Below, in pieces: positions 18,283 to 28,710 of a stretch of 64,000 bases of DNA. The position numbers and the translations under genes are program-made. Position 1 is the first letter of the stretch, and each line of letters opens with the position of its first letter. Under the pieces are notes generated by a model. The model had not been told where the DNA came from and searched no databases. It saw nothing but the letters and a program-made list of their open reading frames with translations. Location of the stretch: contig JASKKK010000006.1 of assembly GCA_030154185.1 (NCBI GenBank), forward strand, positions 5,056 to 69,055, in the 5' to 3' direction. Source of the DNA: Desulfuromonadales bacterium. Its GTDB lineage: Bacteria > Desulfobacterota > Desulfuromonadia > Desulfuromonadales > Syntrophotaleaceae.

Positions 18283-19349
18283 GTCTGCTCCAGAACACCC
18301 TCGCCGGCATCAAACCCCAGGATCAGGACATCCGTCGTCAGGCCAAGGATCGTCTCGACCGGTTGACCATGCCTCACTGGGCTCTCGGGCGTCTGCTCGA
18401 TCTGGCCCTCGACCTGGCCGGCATGACCGGCTCTCTGAAGCCTCCTGTAGACCGTCGGATTATCGTGACCATGGCCGGCGATCACGGCGTTGCGGCCGAA
18501 GGTGTAAGTGCTTTCCCACGAGAAGTCACCGGCCAGATGGTGGCCAATATCGCTGCCGGCGGCGCCGGTATCAATGCTCTGGCGCGGGTCGCCGACGCAC
18601 AGGTGCAGGTGGTGGACATGGGTGCGGCCTGTGATCTCTCGGCCCTGGCCGACGACGGCAGCATTCTCTCAAGGCGCATCGCACCCGGCACGGCGAACAT
18701 GGCACGGGGAGCGGCCATGAGCAGGGATCAGGCCGTGCACTGCCTGGAGACCGGCATCGAGATCGCAAACCTCTTCGCAGCCGAAGCCGAACTTTTCGGC
18801 ACCGGCGAAATGGGTATAGCCAATACGACTCCTAGCAGTGCCATCGTGGCGGTTCTGACCGGGGCCACGGCCGAAGAGGCCACGGGGTGCGGAACCGGCA
18901 TCGATGACGAACGACGCAAGCACAAGATCGACGTCATCGAACAGGCGTTGCAGGTCAATCGTCCCGACCCTCACGACGGTCTCGATGTGCTGACCAAAGT
19001 CGGCGGCTTCGAAATCGGCGGACTGGCCGGACTGATCCTTGGTGCCGCCGCCCTGCGCAAGCCGGTCATCATCGACGGATTCATCAGCACTGCCGCCGCC
19101 TTGCTGGCCCAATCCCTGGCACCGGCGTCGGCGGACTACATGATCGCCGCACACCACAGTATCGAACAGGGGCATCAACTGGCCCTGGCGCGTCTCGGCA
19201 AAAAACCGCTCCTCGACCTCGACTTCCGCCTCGGCGAGGGAACCGGGGCGGCCCTGGCCATGAATCTGGTGGAAGGAGCCAAACGCATTCTCACTGAAAT
19301 GGCGACCTTCGATGAAGCCGCTGTCTGCAAAGGAAACGGCAAGGCATGA
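18279..19349 (+). CDS. cobT: nicotinate-nucleotide--dimethylbenzimidazole phosphoribosyltransferase
   Basis: Internal Met of ORF 17706..19349. CobT blocks [27 protein letters not shown]. Confidence 0.9.
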   Translation: MSLLQNTLAGIKPQDQDIRRQAKDRLDRLTMPHWALGRLLDLALDLAGMTGSLKPPVDRRIIVTMAGDHGVAAEGVSAFPREVTGQMVANIAAGGAGINALARVADAQVQVVDMGAACDLSALADDGSILSRRIAPGTANMARGAAMSRDQAVHCLETGIEIANLFAAEAELFGTGEMGIANTTPSSAIVAVLTGATAEEATGCGTGIDDERRKHKIDVIEQALQVNRPDPHDGLDVLTKVGGFEIGGLAGLILGAAALRKPVIIDGFISTAAALLAQSLAPASADYMIAAHHSIEQGHQLALARLGKKPLLDLDFRLGEGTGAALAMNLVEGAKRILTEMATFDEAAVCKGNGKA

Positions 19350-20092
19350 AAGGACTGTTCGCCGCCTTCGGGTTTCTCACGGTGCTGCCCCTTCCCGGAA
19401 GCTGGCTGGGCGACGAGAACGATCTCGCCCGCAGCTCGGCCTGGTTTCCGCTGGTGGGAGGCCTGATCGGCCTGTCCGCCGCATTTGTCGACCTGGGGCT
19501 GGGTATGGTGCTGCCGCCCATGGTCGTCAGCACCGTCACGGCACTGGTCCTGCTGGCATCTTCCGGCGGGTTGCATATGGACGGACTGGCCGATTCGGCC
19601 GATGGATTTTTCAGCTCCCGCAGCCGCGAACGCATGTTGGAAATCATGCGCGACAGCCGCAGCGGCCCGATGGGCGTCATGGCCATCTGCGCCATGTTGC
19701 TGCTGAAAACGGCAACTTTGGCTTCGGTGCCGACGCCCTTGCGCTTCTCCACCATCGTCCTCATGCCGCTGGCGGGACGCACCGCCCTGACGGTCAGCCT
19801 GGCCGCAACCCCTTACGCGCGCCGCACCGGCGGCCTGGCAGGGGTTTTCCGTCCCGGCGGGGTTCACCCGCTGCTGGCCGCAGCGACCCTGATGGCATCA
19901 GGATGGATGCTGCAGAGCCATGCGGGCCTGATCGCGGCCATGGCGTCACTGACGGTCACTCTGCTGCTGGCGGGCTACAGCAAAAGAAAAATCGGCGGTT
20001 TTACCGGAGACACTCTCGGCGCAACCTGCGAGCTGACGGAACTGATCCCGGCCCTGGTTTCGGCCGCCGTCGGCCATATTGGTGTTATTTAG
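19346..20092 (+). CDS. cobS: adenosylcobinamide-GDP ribazoletransferase (cobalamin synthase)
   Basis: Membrane protein starting [17 protein letters not shown], with HMDGLADSADG. Confidence 0.85.
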   Translation: MKGLFAAFGFLTVLPLPGSWLGDENDLARSSAWFPLVGGLIGLSAAFVDLGLGMVLPPMVVSTVTALVLLASSGGLHMDGLADSADGFFSSRSRERMLEIMRDSRSGPMGVMAICAMLLLKTATLASVPTPLRFSTIVLMPLAGRTALTVSLAATPYARRTGGLAGVFRPGGVHPLLAAATLMASGWMLQSHAGLIAAMASLTVTLLLAGYSKRKIGGFTGDTLGATCELTELIPALVSAAVGHIGVI

Positions 20093-20327
20093 AGAAATAA
20101 GTCCGAGGACAAAGGACAAGAAGCCTCTGTCTTATAAGACCTATAGGACATATGGGGCGTATGGAAACAAAACCTCAGCTACGGATGACCGACGATAAAG
20201 CGGAAAACTGAGCGCAGCGAATCTTTTACGACTGTCCGGCGATAGCTCGACCCCGCGGTGTTGAGATCGAAATACCGGGCACCAAATATCAAAAACAAAA
20301 GTACTGAACCATGAAGGATATAAGACC

Positions 20328-22922
20328 ATGACCGAATCCGGCAACTGGCGTCACGGAGGCCATCTTCGACAACTGGCCATAACTGCCGGGCTGAACCCCG
20401 AGGCCTTGCTCGATTTTTCAGCCAACATCAACCCACTGGGTCCACCCGAATGGCTGCGTTCCCGCATCAGCGGCTCCATCAGCTCCCTGGTTCACTACCC
20501 TGATCCCGAAGGGCAGGCACTGATCGATGCCGCTTGCCGTCGTTACAGTGTAAATGCTGAGGAAGTCCTTATCGGCAACGGCTCCACCGAGTTGTTTTAC
20601 CTGCTGCCTCAGGCTCTCGAAGTTCGGCATGCCTTGATTCCCGTTCCGAGCTACGTCGATTATGCGACCGCGGCAGGCATCGCGGGGCTCACAATCCACA
20701 CCCTGCCACTTGCGGCCGGCAACGGATTCTGTCTCGATTTCGAAGCCCTCGAAACCGCCCTCAAGGAACTGAGGGACACCCCTGTCATGGTGCCTTTAGG
20801 CCAGCCCAACAATCCCACCGGTCGCAGCTTCGACGCCCGACGGTTGCGGCATCTGGCCCGCCGGTTCCCAAAAGCAACCTTTGTCGTCGACGAAGCCTTT
20901 GCCGATTTTGTTGAAAATTTCGACAGTCTCACCGTCAATCGTCCGGCCAATGTCGTGGTGATGCTGTCCCTGACCAAGATTTTCGCCATCCCCGGGCTGC
21001 GTCTCGGAGTGGCCGTCGCTGCGCCCTCCACCGTGCGGAAAGTCAAATCCCTGCAGCCCCCCTGGTCGGTCAACACCATTGCGCAGAGGGTTGGAGAAGC
21101 CGCCCTGCTCGATACCGCATACACACAGCAAACGCGAGCCGCCGTTTCAACCCTGCGGGAAGAGCTGCGATGTCACCTTGAGCAGGTTCCCTTCCTGACC
21201 GTTTTCCCGGGGGAAGCCAACTTCCTGCTGGTGCGTTGTGACCGCACCTCGCTGGACGCCCGCACTCTGGCCGGCCGTCTGCTCAAGCGCGGGCTTGCCA
21301 TCCGGGTCTGCGACAACTTCGACGGTCTGGACGAGCGGTTCTTCCGTGTCGCGGTACGCACCGAGCCGGAAAACCGTAAACTGGTGGAAGCTCTGAGCCA
21401 GGAACTTTTCATGGCGCCCCTGGTCAAAACCCGCCGCCACACTCCGGCCATCATGTTTCAGGGAACCAGCTCCAATGCCGGCAAAAGCGTCCTGGCAGCC
21501 GCTTTGTGCCGCATCATGCTGCAGGACGGCTACCGCGTGGCGCCTTTCAAAGCGCAGAACATGTCCCTCAACTCCTTCGTCACCCGCGACGGAGGCGAGA
21601 TGGGACGCGCCCAGGTCGTGCAGGCCCAGGCCGCACGCCTCGATCCGGACGTACGCATGAATCCCATCCTCCTCAAACCGAACAGCGACACGGGCAGCCA
21701 GGTGGTGCTGTGCGGCAAGCCGATCGGCAACATGAAGGTCATGGACTATTTTCGCTACAAGTCAGAAGCCTTCGAGCGGGTCAAGGAAAGTTACGACGAT
21801 TTGGCCGCCGACCATGACGCCATCGTACTGGAAGGCGCCGGCAGCCCTGCGGAGGTCAATCTCAAAGCGCACGATATCGTCAACATGAAAATGGCCCTTT
21901 TCGCTCAAGCACCTGTCCTGCTGGTCGGCGATATCGATCGCGGCGGCGTGTTCGCCTCCTTTGTCGGATCCATGGAAGTTCTGTCGGAACGCGAACGCGC
22001 ACAGATTGCGGGATTCGTCGTCAACCGCTTCCGCGGACAGCCCGACCTGCTCAAGGATGCCCTCGACTATACCCTGCAACACACCGGTCGGCCGATCCTC
22101 GGTGTGGTCCCCTATCTGAAGGATCTGGGATTGCCCGAAGAGGATTCCGTCGGGTTCAAGGAAGGACTGTTCGACGATGCGCGCCCGGCCGAAGATGCCG
22201 TCGATATCGCGGTCCTCGACTTGCCGCATATCTCCAATTTCACCGACCTCGAACCCCTGCGTCTCGAACCGGATGTTCGACTGCGCACGGTGCGCCGCAT
22301 CCAGGATCTCGGCCATCCGGATGCCGTCATCCTGCCGGGGAGCAAAAACGTCATCGGCGACCTTACCTTTTTGCGGGCCGTCGGCTTCGACCGCAGCCTG
22401 GAAAACCTGGCAGCCGAAAGCCGCTGCGAAATCATCGGTATCTGCGGCGGCTATCAGATCCTCGGACGTTCTATCAGCGACCCCCACGGCATCGAATCCC
22501 CGGGTACCGACCTGGTCGGCCTCGAACTGCTCCCGGTGGACACGGTGCTGGAGGAGGACAAGACCCTCATACGCACCGAGGCACGCCATCGGATTTCAGG
22601 CATAAAACTGCACGGCTACGAAATTCACCACGGCCAAAGCCGCGCCGATCAACTGCCGCCCGCCCTGATCGGAAGCGACGGCAACGGTCTGGGAGCCTGC
22701 CGCGGCGACGGTCTGGTGTGGGGCAGCTATCTTCACGGTCTGTTCGATGCCGACGCCTTCCGTCGCTGGTTTATCGACCGCCTGCGCCAGCGCAAAGGGC
22801 TCCGGCCCGTCGGCAAAGTTCAAACCCGTTACGACCTTGAGCCGGCCTTTGAACGCCTCGCCGACACCGTGCGGCAGAGTCTCGACATCCCTGCCATTTA
22901 CCGCCTCATGGGATTGCGATGA
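20328..22922 (+). CDS. cobQ: fusion: threonine-phosphate decarboxylase (CobD) + cobyric acid synthase (CobQ/CbiP)
   Basis: N-terminal half is aminotransferase class I/II-like ([12 protein letters not shown]). C-terminal half is CobQ ([13 protein letters not shown].., GATase domain ICGGYQILG) in one 864-aa ORF. Confidence 0.85.
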   Translation: MTESGNWRHGGHLRQLAITAGLNPEALLDFSANINPLGPPEWLRSRISGSISSLVHYPDPEGQALIDAACRRYSVNAEEVLIGNGSTELFYLLPQALEVRHALIPVPSYVDYATAAGIAGLTIHTLPLAAGNGFCLDFEALETALKELRDTPVMVPLGQPNNPTGRSFDARRLRHLARRFPKATFVVDEAFADFVENFDSLTVNRPANVVVMLSLTKIFAIPGLRLGVAVAAPSTVRKVKSLQPPWSVNTIAQRVGEAALLDTAYTQQTRAAVSTLREELRCHLEQVPFLTVFPGEANFLLVRCDRTSLDARTLAGRLLKRGLAIRVCDNFDGLDERFFRVAVRTEPENRKLVEALSQELFMAPLVKTRRHTPAIMFQGTSSNAGKSVLAAALCRIMLQDGYRVAPFKAQNMSLNSFVTRDGGEMGRAQVVQAQAARLDPDVRMNPILLKPNSDTGSQVVLCGKPIGNMKVMDYFRYKSEAFERVKESYDDLAADHDAIVLEGAGSPAEVNLKAHDIVNMKMALFAQAPVLLVGDIDRGGVFASFVGSMEVLSERERAQIAGFVVNRFRGQPDLLKDALDYTLQHTGRPILGVVPYLKDLGLPEEDSVGFKEGLFDDARPAEDAVDIAVLDLPHISNFTDLEPLRLEPDVRLRTVRRIQDLGHPDAVILPGSKNVIGDLTFLRAVGFDRSLENLAAESRCEIIGICGGYQILGRSISDPHGIESPGTDLVGLELLPVDTVLEEDKTLIRTEARHRISGIKLHGYEIHHGQSRADQLPPALIGSDGNGLGACRGDGLVWGSYLHGLFDADAFRRWFIDRLRQRKGLRPVGKVQTRYDLEPAFERLADTVRQSLDIPAIYRLMGLR

Positions 22923-23863
22923 CCGTCGAAATGCAGATACTGGCCGCCATCGGCCTCGATATGCTCTGGGGGGATCCCCGCCGACTCCCCCACCCCGTCA
23001 AGGGCATGGGTCGCCTGGCCGTGGCGCTCGAACGGCCGCTGAGAAAACGTATGGCAAGCCCGCGCCTGGCCGGCATCGTCACGGCTTTCCTCGTAATCGT
23101 CGTAACGACGGCGACAGCTGCCGCACTTCTGACCGCGGCCTACCGTCTGCATCCGTGGGTTGGAGATGCGCTGAGCATCCTGTTGTTGTCAACCTGCCTG
23201 GCAACGCGCGACCTGGCCGCTCACGCCTGGCAGGTCTTCAGTGCTCTGCGCCTGGGCAACCTGGGACAAGCCCGGGAGCGCGTCGGCCGGATGGTCGGTC
23301 GCGACACCGACAAACTGGATCAGGGCGGAGTCGTGCGCGCCGCGGTGGAAAGCGTGGCGGAAAATACCGTCGACGGAGTCACCGCCCCCCTGTTCTGGGC
23401 AGTCCTTCTCGGCCCCGTCGGTGCCCTGGCTTACAAGGCCGCCAGCACCCTCGACTCGACATTCGGCTACAAAAACGAGCGATATCTGCACTTCGGCTGG
23501 GCCTCGGCGCGTCTCGACGATGTTCTCAATTATCTGCCGGCACGGTTGACCCTGCCCCTGACCGTAGCAGCCGCAGCCCTGCTCGGCCTGCGCCCCGGAA
23601 ATACCTGGCGCACCGCCCTGCGCGATTGGGACAAACACGCCAGCCCCAATTCCGGATGGAGCGAAGCCGCTACGGCAGGAGCCTTGGGGGTCCAACTCGG
23701 CGGACCGGTGTACCGCCAGGGAAACCTCACCGACATGCCGCTTTTCGGCGAGTCCGGCGAAGTTCCGGCACCACGGCATATCCAGAAGGCGGTGCGGTTG
23801 ATGCTGCTCACTTCGCTGCTGGCAGCGTTGGCTTTTATCGGGGTGCGCTGGATGGTCTGGTAA
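22919..23863 (+). CDS. cbiB: adenosylcobinamide-phosphate synthase
   Basis: [15 protein letters not shown] motif. Membrane protein. ATGA overlap with the upstream gene. Confidence 0.85.
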   Translation: MTVEMQILAAIGLDMLWGDPRRLPHPVKGMGRLAVALERPLRKRMASPRLAGIVTAFLVIVVTTATAAALLTAAYRLHPWVGDALSILLLSTCLATRDLAAHAWQVFSALRLGNLGQARERVGRMVGRDTDKLDQGGVVRAAVESVAENTVDGVTAPLFWAVLLGPVGALAYKAASTLDSTFGYKNERYLHFGWASARLDDVLNYLPARLTLPLTVAAAALLGLRPGNTWRTALRDWDKHASPNSGWSEAATAGALGVQLGGPVYRQGNLTDMPLFGESGEVPAPRHIQKAVRLMLLTSLLAALAFIGVRWMVW

Positions 23864-23887
23864 GGCCCCGAGGCCCGAGGCCCGAGG
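23863..23887. repeat. tandem aggccc(c)g heptamer x3 directly after the cbiB stop
   Basis: Read directly: aggccccg aggcccg aggcccg agg. Confidence 0.8.
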
Positions 23888-23978
23888 AAAAATTTTCCGT
23901 TTTTATGATCCGTAAGTCCATAGGTCCTATGGGACCCATGAGGCCAAAGCATCGACAAACTTCGAAAGGTTGACAGCC

Positions 23979-24509
23979 ATGAGCCACAAACCACGCATCC
24001 TCATCTTTACCGGCGACGGCAAAGGCAAAACCACCGCCGCCATGGGTATGGTCCTGCGAGCCAGCAGCCACGGCATGCGGATCAAGGTCGTGCAGTTTCT
24101 TAAATCCGATACCGGCAGTGGCGAGATAACGGCTCTGCAAAAACTTCCTGGGGTTGAATTCGTGCGCCGCGGGCTGGGGTTCGTGCCGAGACGCAGGGAC
24201 GATCCGCAATTCGCCGAACACCGTCGCGTTGCCGAAGAAGGGCTGGTCCTGGCCCGGGAAGCGATCCGGTCCGAAAAATTCGACCTGGTGATAATGGACG
24301 AAATCTGCGGTGCCATCGCCGCCGGGTTGCTTGAAGAACAGGAGGTTGTCGACCTATTGAGCCAGGCGCCTGCCGGACTGCGCCTGGTTCTGACCGGCCG
24401 CCATGCGACAAACACCTTGATCGAGCTGGCCGACACCGTCACCGAAATGCGCTGCATCAAGCACGGTCTCCAGCAGGGTCGAGCGGCCCAGAAAGGCGTG
24501 GAGTTCTGA
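23979..24509 (+). CDS. cobO: cob(I)yrinic acid a,c-diamide adenosyltransferase
   Basis: FTGDGKGKTTAA P-loop and DEI..A motif. ATG at 23979 preferred over TTG at 23970. Confidence 0.85.
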   Translation: MSHKPRILIFTGDGKGKTTAAMGMVLRASSHGMRIKVVQFLKSDTGSGEITALQKLPGVEFVRRGLGFVPRRRDDPQFAEHRRVAEEGLVLAREAIRSEKFDLVIMDEICGAIAAGLLEEQEVVDLLSQAPAGLRLVLTGRHATNTLIELADTVTEMRCIKHGLQQGRAAQKGVEF

Positions 24510-24511
24510 CC

Positions 24512-25897
24512 ATGAGTTGTCCGAGACTGGTCATAGCCGGCACCTCCAGCGGCGTCGGCAAAACCTCCCTGACCCTGGGACTTACGGCAGCGCTGTGTCG
24601 TCGGGGTCTGCAGGTCCAGACATTCAAGGTCGGTCCCGATTTTCTCGACCCCACCTGGCTGTCGTTGGCCAGCGGACGTCCCTGCATCAACCTCGATGGC
24701 TGGATGTGCGGCAAGACATATGTGCGGGAACGGTTTGCCAAAGCTACTGTCGATGCCGATATCGCCATCATCGAGGGTGTCATGGGATTGTTCGACGGTG
24801 CCGCTCCCTGCAACGCCGAGGGCAGCACCGCCGAAATCGCCCGCTGGCTCGACGCTCCGGTACTGCTGGTGGTCAACGCACACGGCATGGCCCGCAGTCT
24901 GGCAGCATTGGTAAAAGGTTATGCGGAATTCGATCCCGACCTGCATCTGGCCGGGGTTATCGCCAACCGTTGCGGCTCACCGCGCCACACCACATGGCTT
25001 TCCGATGCCCTCAACGCAGCCGGGATGCCACCACTGGCCGGTGCCGTTCGACGGGATTCCCTGCCGCCTTTGCCCAGCCGTCATCTCGGCCTGGTGACCG
25101 CCGACCGGCAGAATCTCTCCATATCGGCTCTGGCCGATATGGCCGATGCCATCGAACAACATCTCGATTTGACCCGCATTCTCGCCTTGGGTCAAAACAT
25201 AGCACCAAAGCACGTGGCTGCCCCCCCCGATGCCTTGCCGGTTGCCGAAAATCGAAAGGTCCGCATCGGTTTGGCTTACGATGAAGCCTTTCACTTCTAC
25301 TATCCGGACAACCTGCAGGCGCTGGAAGATGCCGGGGCGAGCCTGGTGCGTTTTTCTCCGTTGCATGACCGCTCTGTGCCCGCTGGCCTGGACGCCCTGA
25401 TTTTCGGCGGCGGCTATCCCGAGGAATACGCTCCGGACCTTGAAGCCAACAGCGACATGCGTCGCGCCGTTGCGGCTTTCGTATCTGCCGGTCATCCGGT
25501 TTACGCCGAATGCGGCGGACTCATGTATCTGTCCGAAGGCATCGAACTGCGCGATGGCTCCCGTCACGACATGGTCGGGGCCCTGCCCTTTGGCACCCGG
25601 ATGTTGGCAACACGCAAGCGCCTCGGCTACACCGAGGTCAGGCAGTTGGAAAAAGGCCCCTTCGGCGATGCCGGCACCTGTCTGCGCGGCCATGAATTCC
25701 ATTATTCCGAAATAGTCGACCAAACCTCCACCGGCACCTCGGATGCCGCCTGGCAGGTTCGTTACCGTCGTAGCTCGGATCCGGTTATGGAAGGTTATCG
25801 GCGCGGCAATGTGTTCGCCAGTTACGTCCACATCCATTTTGCCTGCCGCCCGGGCGCGGCCGAGGCTTTTGTCGATTTTTCCCGAGGAGACCGATGA
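24512..25897 (+). CDS. cbiA: cobyrinate a,c-diamide synthase
   Basis: VIAGTSSGVGKTS.., GPDFLDP, and a C-terminal GATase with ECGGLMYL. Confidence 0.85.
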   Translation: MSCPRLVIAGTSSGVGKTSLTLGLTAALCRRGLQVQTFKVGPDFLDPTWLSLASGRPCINLDGWMCGKTYVRERFAKATVDADIAIIEGVMGLFDGAAPCNAEGSTAEIARWLDAPVLLVVNAHGMARSLAALVKGYAEFDPDLHLAGVIANRCGSPRHTTWLSDALNAAGMPPLAGAVRRDSLPPLPSRHLGLVTADRQNLSISALADMADAIEQHLDLTRILALGQNIAPKHVAAPPDALPVAENRKVRIGLAYDEAFHFYYPDNLQALEDAGASLVRFSPLHDRSVPAGLDALIFGGGYPEEYAPDLEANSDMRRAVAAFVSAGHPVYAECGGLMYLSEGIELRDGSRHDMVGALPFGTRMLATRKRLGYTEVRQLEKGPFGDAGTCLRGHEFHYSEIVDQTSTGTSDAAWQVRYRRSSDPVMEGYRRGNVFASYVHIHFACRPGAAEAFVDFSRGDR

Positions 25898-26559
25898 AAC
25901 CGTTGATTCATGAATTACTGGCCGATCCTTTGAGTGGCGAACAGATCGAATGGCGCTCCATGGCCATTATCGACCGGGAAGCGCCGCCCCACAATTTCAC
26001 GCCAGAACAATGGCCGGTGGTAAGGCGCATGGTCCACACCACCGCCGATTTTTCACTGCTTGACCTGGTGCGCTTTTCGCCCGATGCCATCGATGCCGCC
26101 TGCCATGCACTAAAAGCCGGCGCGTCGATCTACGCCGATTCGAACATGATCCGCGCCGGACTCTCCAAGGCCCGCCTGCAGCGGGTCTGCCCGGACTACA
26201 AGGCGGAATCGATCCTTTGCCATGTGGCGGACACCGACGTCGCCGGCCAGGCGCGACAAAGCTCCCTGCCACGTTCCCTGTTCGCCGTGCGCAAAGCGGC
26301 GGCCAACCTGCAAGGCGGTATCGCGGTATTCGGCAACGCCCCCGTCGCCCTGCTGGAGCTCAACCGTCTGATTATGGAAACCGGCCTGCGCCCGGCCCTG
26401 ATCATCGGCATGCCGGTCGGTTTCGTTCACGTGGTGGAAAGCAAGCAGGAGCTGATGGACATGGGCGTGCCCTACATCACCATCGAGGGACGCCGCGGCG
26501 GCTCCCCGCTGGCGGTCAGTGTGGTGCATGCGCTGTGCGAGTTGGCGCTTCGGTCTTGA
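25894..26559 (+). CDS. cbiC: precorrin-8X / cobalt-precorrin-8 methylmutase
   Basis: VHTTADF and GNAPVAL blocks. Overlapping start/stop with cbiA. Confidence 0.85.
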   Translation: MKPLIHELLADPLSGEQIEWRSMAIIDREAPPHNFTPEQWPVVRRMVHTTADFSLLDLVRFSPDAIDAACHALKAGASIYADSNMIRAGLSKARLQRVCPDYKAESILCHVADTDVAGQARQSSLPRSLFAVRKAAANLQGGIAVFGNAPVALLELNRLIMETGLRPALIIGMPVGFVHVVESKQELMDMGVPYITIEGRRGGSPLAVSVVHALCELALRS

Positions 26560-26701
26560 AGTCCAAGGTCCAGGGAGATTGTGATTTTTGCCTTGCTTTG
26601 ACAGTCAAGTCCCCTGTGACGCAGCCCCGCGGTGTTGGTTGATTTCCAAATGATCCAATAAAACCGAGCACCACTCATCCAACACGAAAGGAGGTGATTG
26701 C

Positions 26702-26803
26702 ATGAAGCAGCAGCGCAAGGAAGTCATCGCCTACCGCAAATCCTGCGCGGCGAACGGTACCGGTCTTTCCCATTACATTCTGATGGACAAGAAGACCACC
26801 TAG
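26702..26803 (+). CDS. 33-aa peptide MKQQRKEVIAYRKSCAANGTGLSHYILMDKKTT, candidate radical-SAM-modified precursor
   Basis: Not in the ORF track (too short). Strong SD aaaggaggtga with 7-nt spacing to the ATG. Lies directly upstream of the SPASM radical SAM gene. A hairpin follows the stop. Confidence 0.45.
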   Translation: MKQQRKEVIAYRKSCAANGTGLSHYILMDKKTT

Positions 26804-26949
26804 TTTTCAGAGGGAAGATATCCGTTTCCCGGATGAAAACGTAAAACCGCGGGGCGCTTCCGGGCGCTCCGCACCTAAAACCGAACCCAGTTACATACCG
26901 CCGTTTTTGTGCGGAGCTGATAACCATATCGACCATTGGGAGAAACTCC

Positions 26950-28365
26950 ATGAATGAGACGAATGCTTTCGCCAACAAGGCCTCCTCGCGGGGCATCCAC
27001 TTCAACACCGGCAACGGTCCGAGCCTGCTGCCGGTCAACATCGACCATCCCGACTATATCGCCCTGCTCGATCCCGACGCGGCTTTCTGGTCCTTGATCC
27101 AGAAGGACAAACTGGGTGAGGCCCTGAGCAGCGAAAGTACTTTCATGCAGCAGTTTCTCAGCCGCCGGGACGAGTTCCTGACTGAGATCGACGCCCTGCG
27201 CTTCGGCCTGAAACCCTCGGCGGTCTACTTCAACCCCACCGACCGCTGCAACCTCAACTGTTCCTACTGCTACATCCCGGAAGAGATGCGCAGCGAAGGC
27301 AAGACCATGACTCCGGACGAGTTGATCAAATCCCTGGGCATCCTCAAGGAGTATTTCAAGACCACCGTGCCCGAGGGCCTCAAGCCGCAGATCATCTTCC
27401 ACGGCGCCGAACCGATGATGGCTCGCGAAGCCGTCTTCGCCGGCATCGATGCCTATCTGGACGATTTCCGGTTCGGCGTGCAGACCAACGGCACCCTGCT
27501 CGACGACGAAGCTATCGCCTTCCTCACCGAGCGCAATATCGGCATCGGCCTGTCCCTCGACAGCCACCTCGACGACATCTGTACCCGCACCCGCAAAACC
27601 TGGGACGGAGACAGCGTCTTCGGCCACGTCGTCAAGGCCATGAACAAGCTCAAAGACTACGCCAACTTCAATGTCATCTGCACCGTAACCCAGGAAAACA
27701 TGGACAAGCTGGTGGAGATGGTCGACTTCTTCCATGAGCAGGAAGTACCCATCTGCATGCTGAACCAGGTGCGCTGTACCCGCCAGGGCGCCCGAGATAT
27801 CAAACCCCTGGACCATGAAATGGCCGAGCATTACTTCAAAGCCCTCGACCGCACCTACGAACTGTATCAGAAAACCGGTCGCAAGCTGGTGGTGGCCAAC
27901 TTCGCCAATATCCTCGTCGGCGTCGTCGCACCTGCCGCCCGCCGACTGATGTGCGACATCTCTCCCTGCGGCGGCGGCCGCTGCTTCTTCGCTTTGTCCG
28001 CCTCCGGCGATCTGTTCCCCTGCAGCGAATTCGTCGGAGTCGAACGCTTCAAGGGCGGCAACCTGTTCACCGACGACATCGACGCCGTCCTGCAGACCGA
28101 ACCCTTCCGCGCCGTCACCGAACGCGTGGTGGAAAATATCGATCCCTGCAAACGCTGCGCGGTGCGCCACTTCTGCGGCTCGCCCTGCCCGGCGGAAGCC
28201 CATGAGATGAACGGCGGCCAGAACGTTCCCGGTGCCTTCTGCGAACTCTACGAAGAACAGGTACGTTACGCCCTGCGTCTCATCGCCGACGGCAAAGAAG
28301 AGGCCTATCTGTGGGACGAATGGGATGCGGATACCACCACCAGCATCGATCTGACGTCGTTGTAA
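26950..28365 (+). CDS. radical SAM / SPASM-domain peptide-modifying enzyme
   Basis: CNLNCSYCY (CX3CX2C). C-terminal Cys-rich SPASM region (CDISPCGGGRCFF..GDLFPCSEF..CKRCAVRHFCGSPCP). Confidence 0.85.
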   Translation: MNETNAFANKASSRGIHFNTGNGPSLLPVNIDHPDYIALLDPDAAFWSLIQKDKLGEALSSESTFMQQFLSRRDEFLTEIDALRFGLKPSAVYFNPTDRCNLNCSYCYIPEEMRSEGKTMTPDELIKSLGILKEYFKTTVPEGLKPQIIFHGAEPMMAREAVFAGIDAYLDDFRFGVQTNGTLLDDEAIAFLTERNIGIGLSLDSHLDDICTRTRKTWDGDSVFGHVVKAMNKLKDYANFNVICTVTQENMDKLVEMVDFFHEQEVPICMLNQVRCTRQGARDIKPLDHEMAEHYFKALDRTYELYQKTGRKLVVANFANILVGVVAPAARRLMCDISPCGGGRCFFALSASGDLFPCSEFVGVERFKGGNLFTDDIDAVLQTEPFRAVTERVVENIDPCKRCAVRHFCGSPCPAEAHEMNGGQNVPGAFCELYEEQVRYALRLIADGKEEAYLWDEWDADTTTSIDLTSL

Positions 28366-28370
28366 AGGTT

Positions 28371-28416
28371 CGGGGCCAAAGGCCCGAGGTTCGCGGGACA
28401 CGGGACGCGAAAACCC
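28371..28416. repeat. intergenic repeat, half copy (ggccaaaggcccgagg..ttcgcgggacacgggacgcgaaaaccc)
   Basis: Matches 33413-33459 and 30793-30830 by eye. Confidence 0.7.
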
Positions 28417-28710
28417 GTTAAGTGCACAAAACAAATCATCTTTGTTTTTAAGGTTTCTACTCAACAAAAACGCATGAGCCCGCAACGCAGGAGAGCAATA
28501 ATTTGCAGGTTGGCAATCAAATGTCAAAAGTGGGGGAGGTCCGAAGATACCACCTACGGCTCTTATCGGCATATCGGCGGCAACTTCCGCTCCCCCGCCG
28601 CGACAGCCATCCCGCCCCGAAGGGGAAGGTATTTTTTGCTTACCTTGGATATTTAGCCTGCATCGTTCATGGGGCTAGTCTCAACCTGAATATTGGGAGA
28701 AATGACCAAT

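Noticed and set aside
26875-28572. 565-aa minus-strand ORF opposite the radical SAM/SPASM gene
   Set aside because: Antisense shadow ORF. The plus strand has CX3CX2C and SPASM cysteine patterns.
28417-28692. Possible riboswitch or metal-sensing RNA in the 340-nt spacer before cbiK
   Set aside because: I could not find conserved cobalamin (GCCACTG / B12 box) or NiCo-type elements by eye. Only weak AT-rich and short GC hairpins are present. It remains an unexplained spacer.
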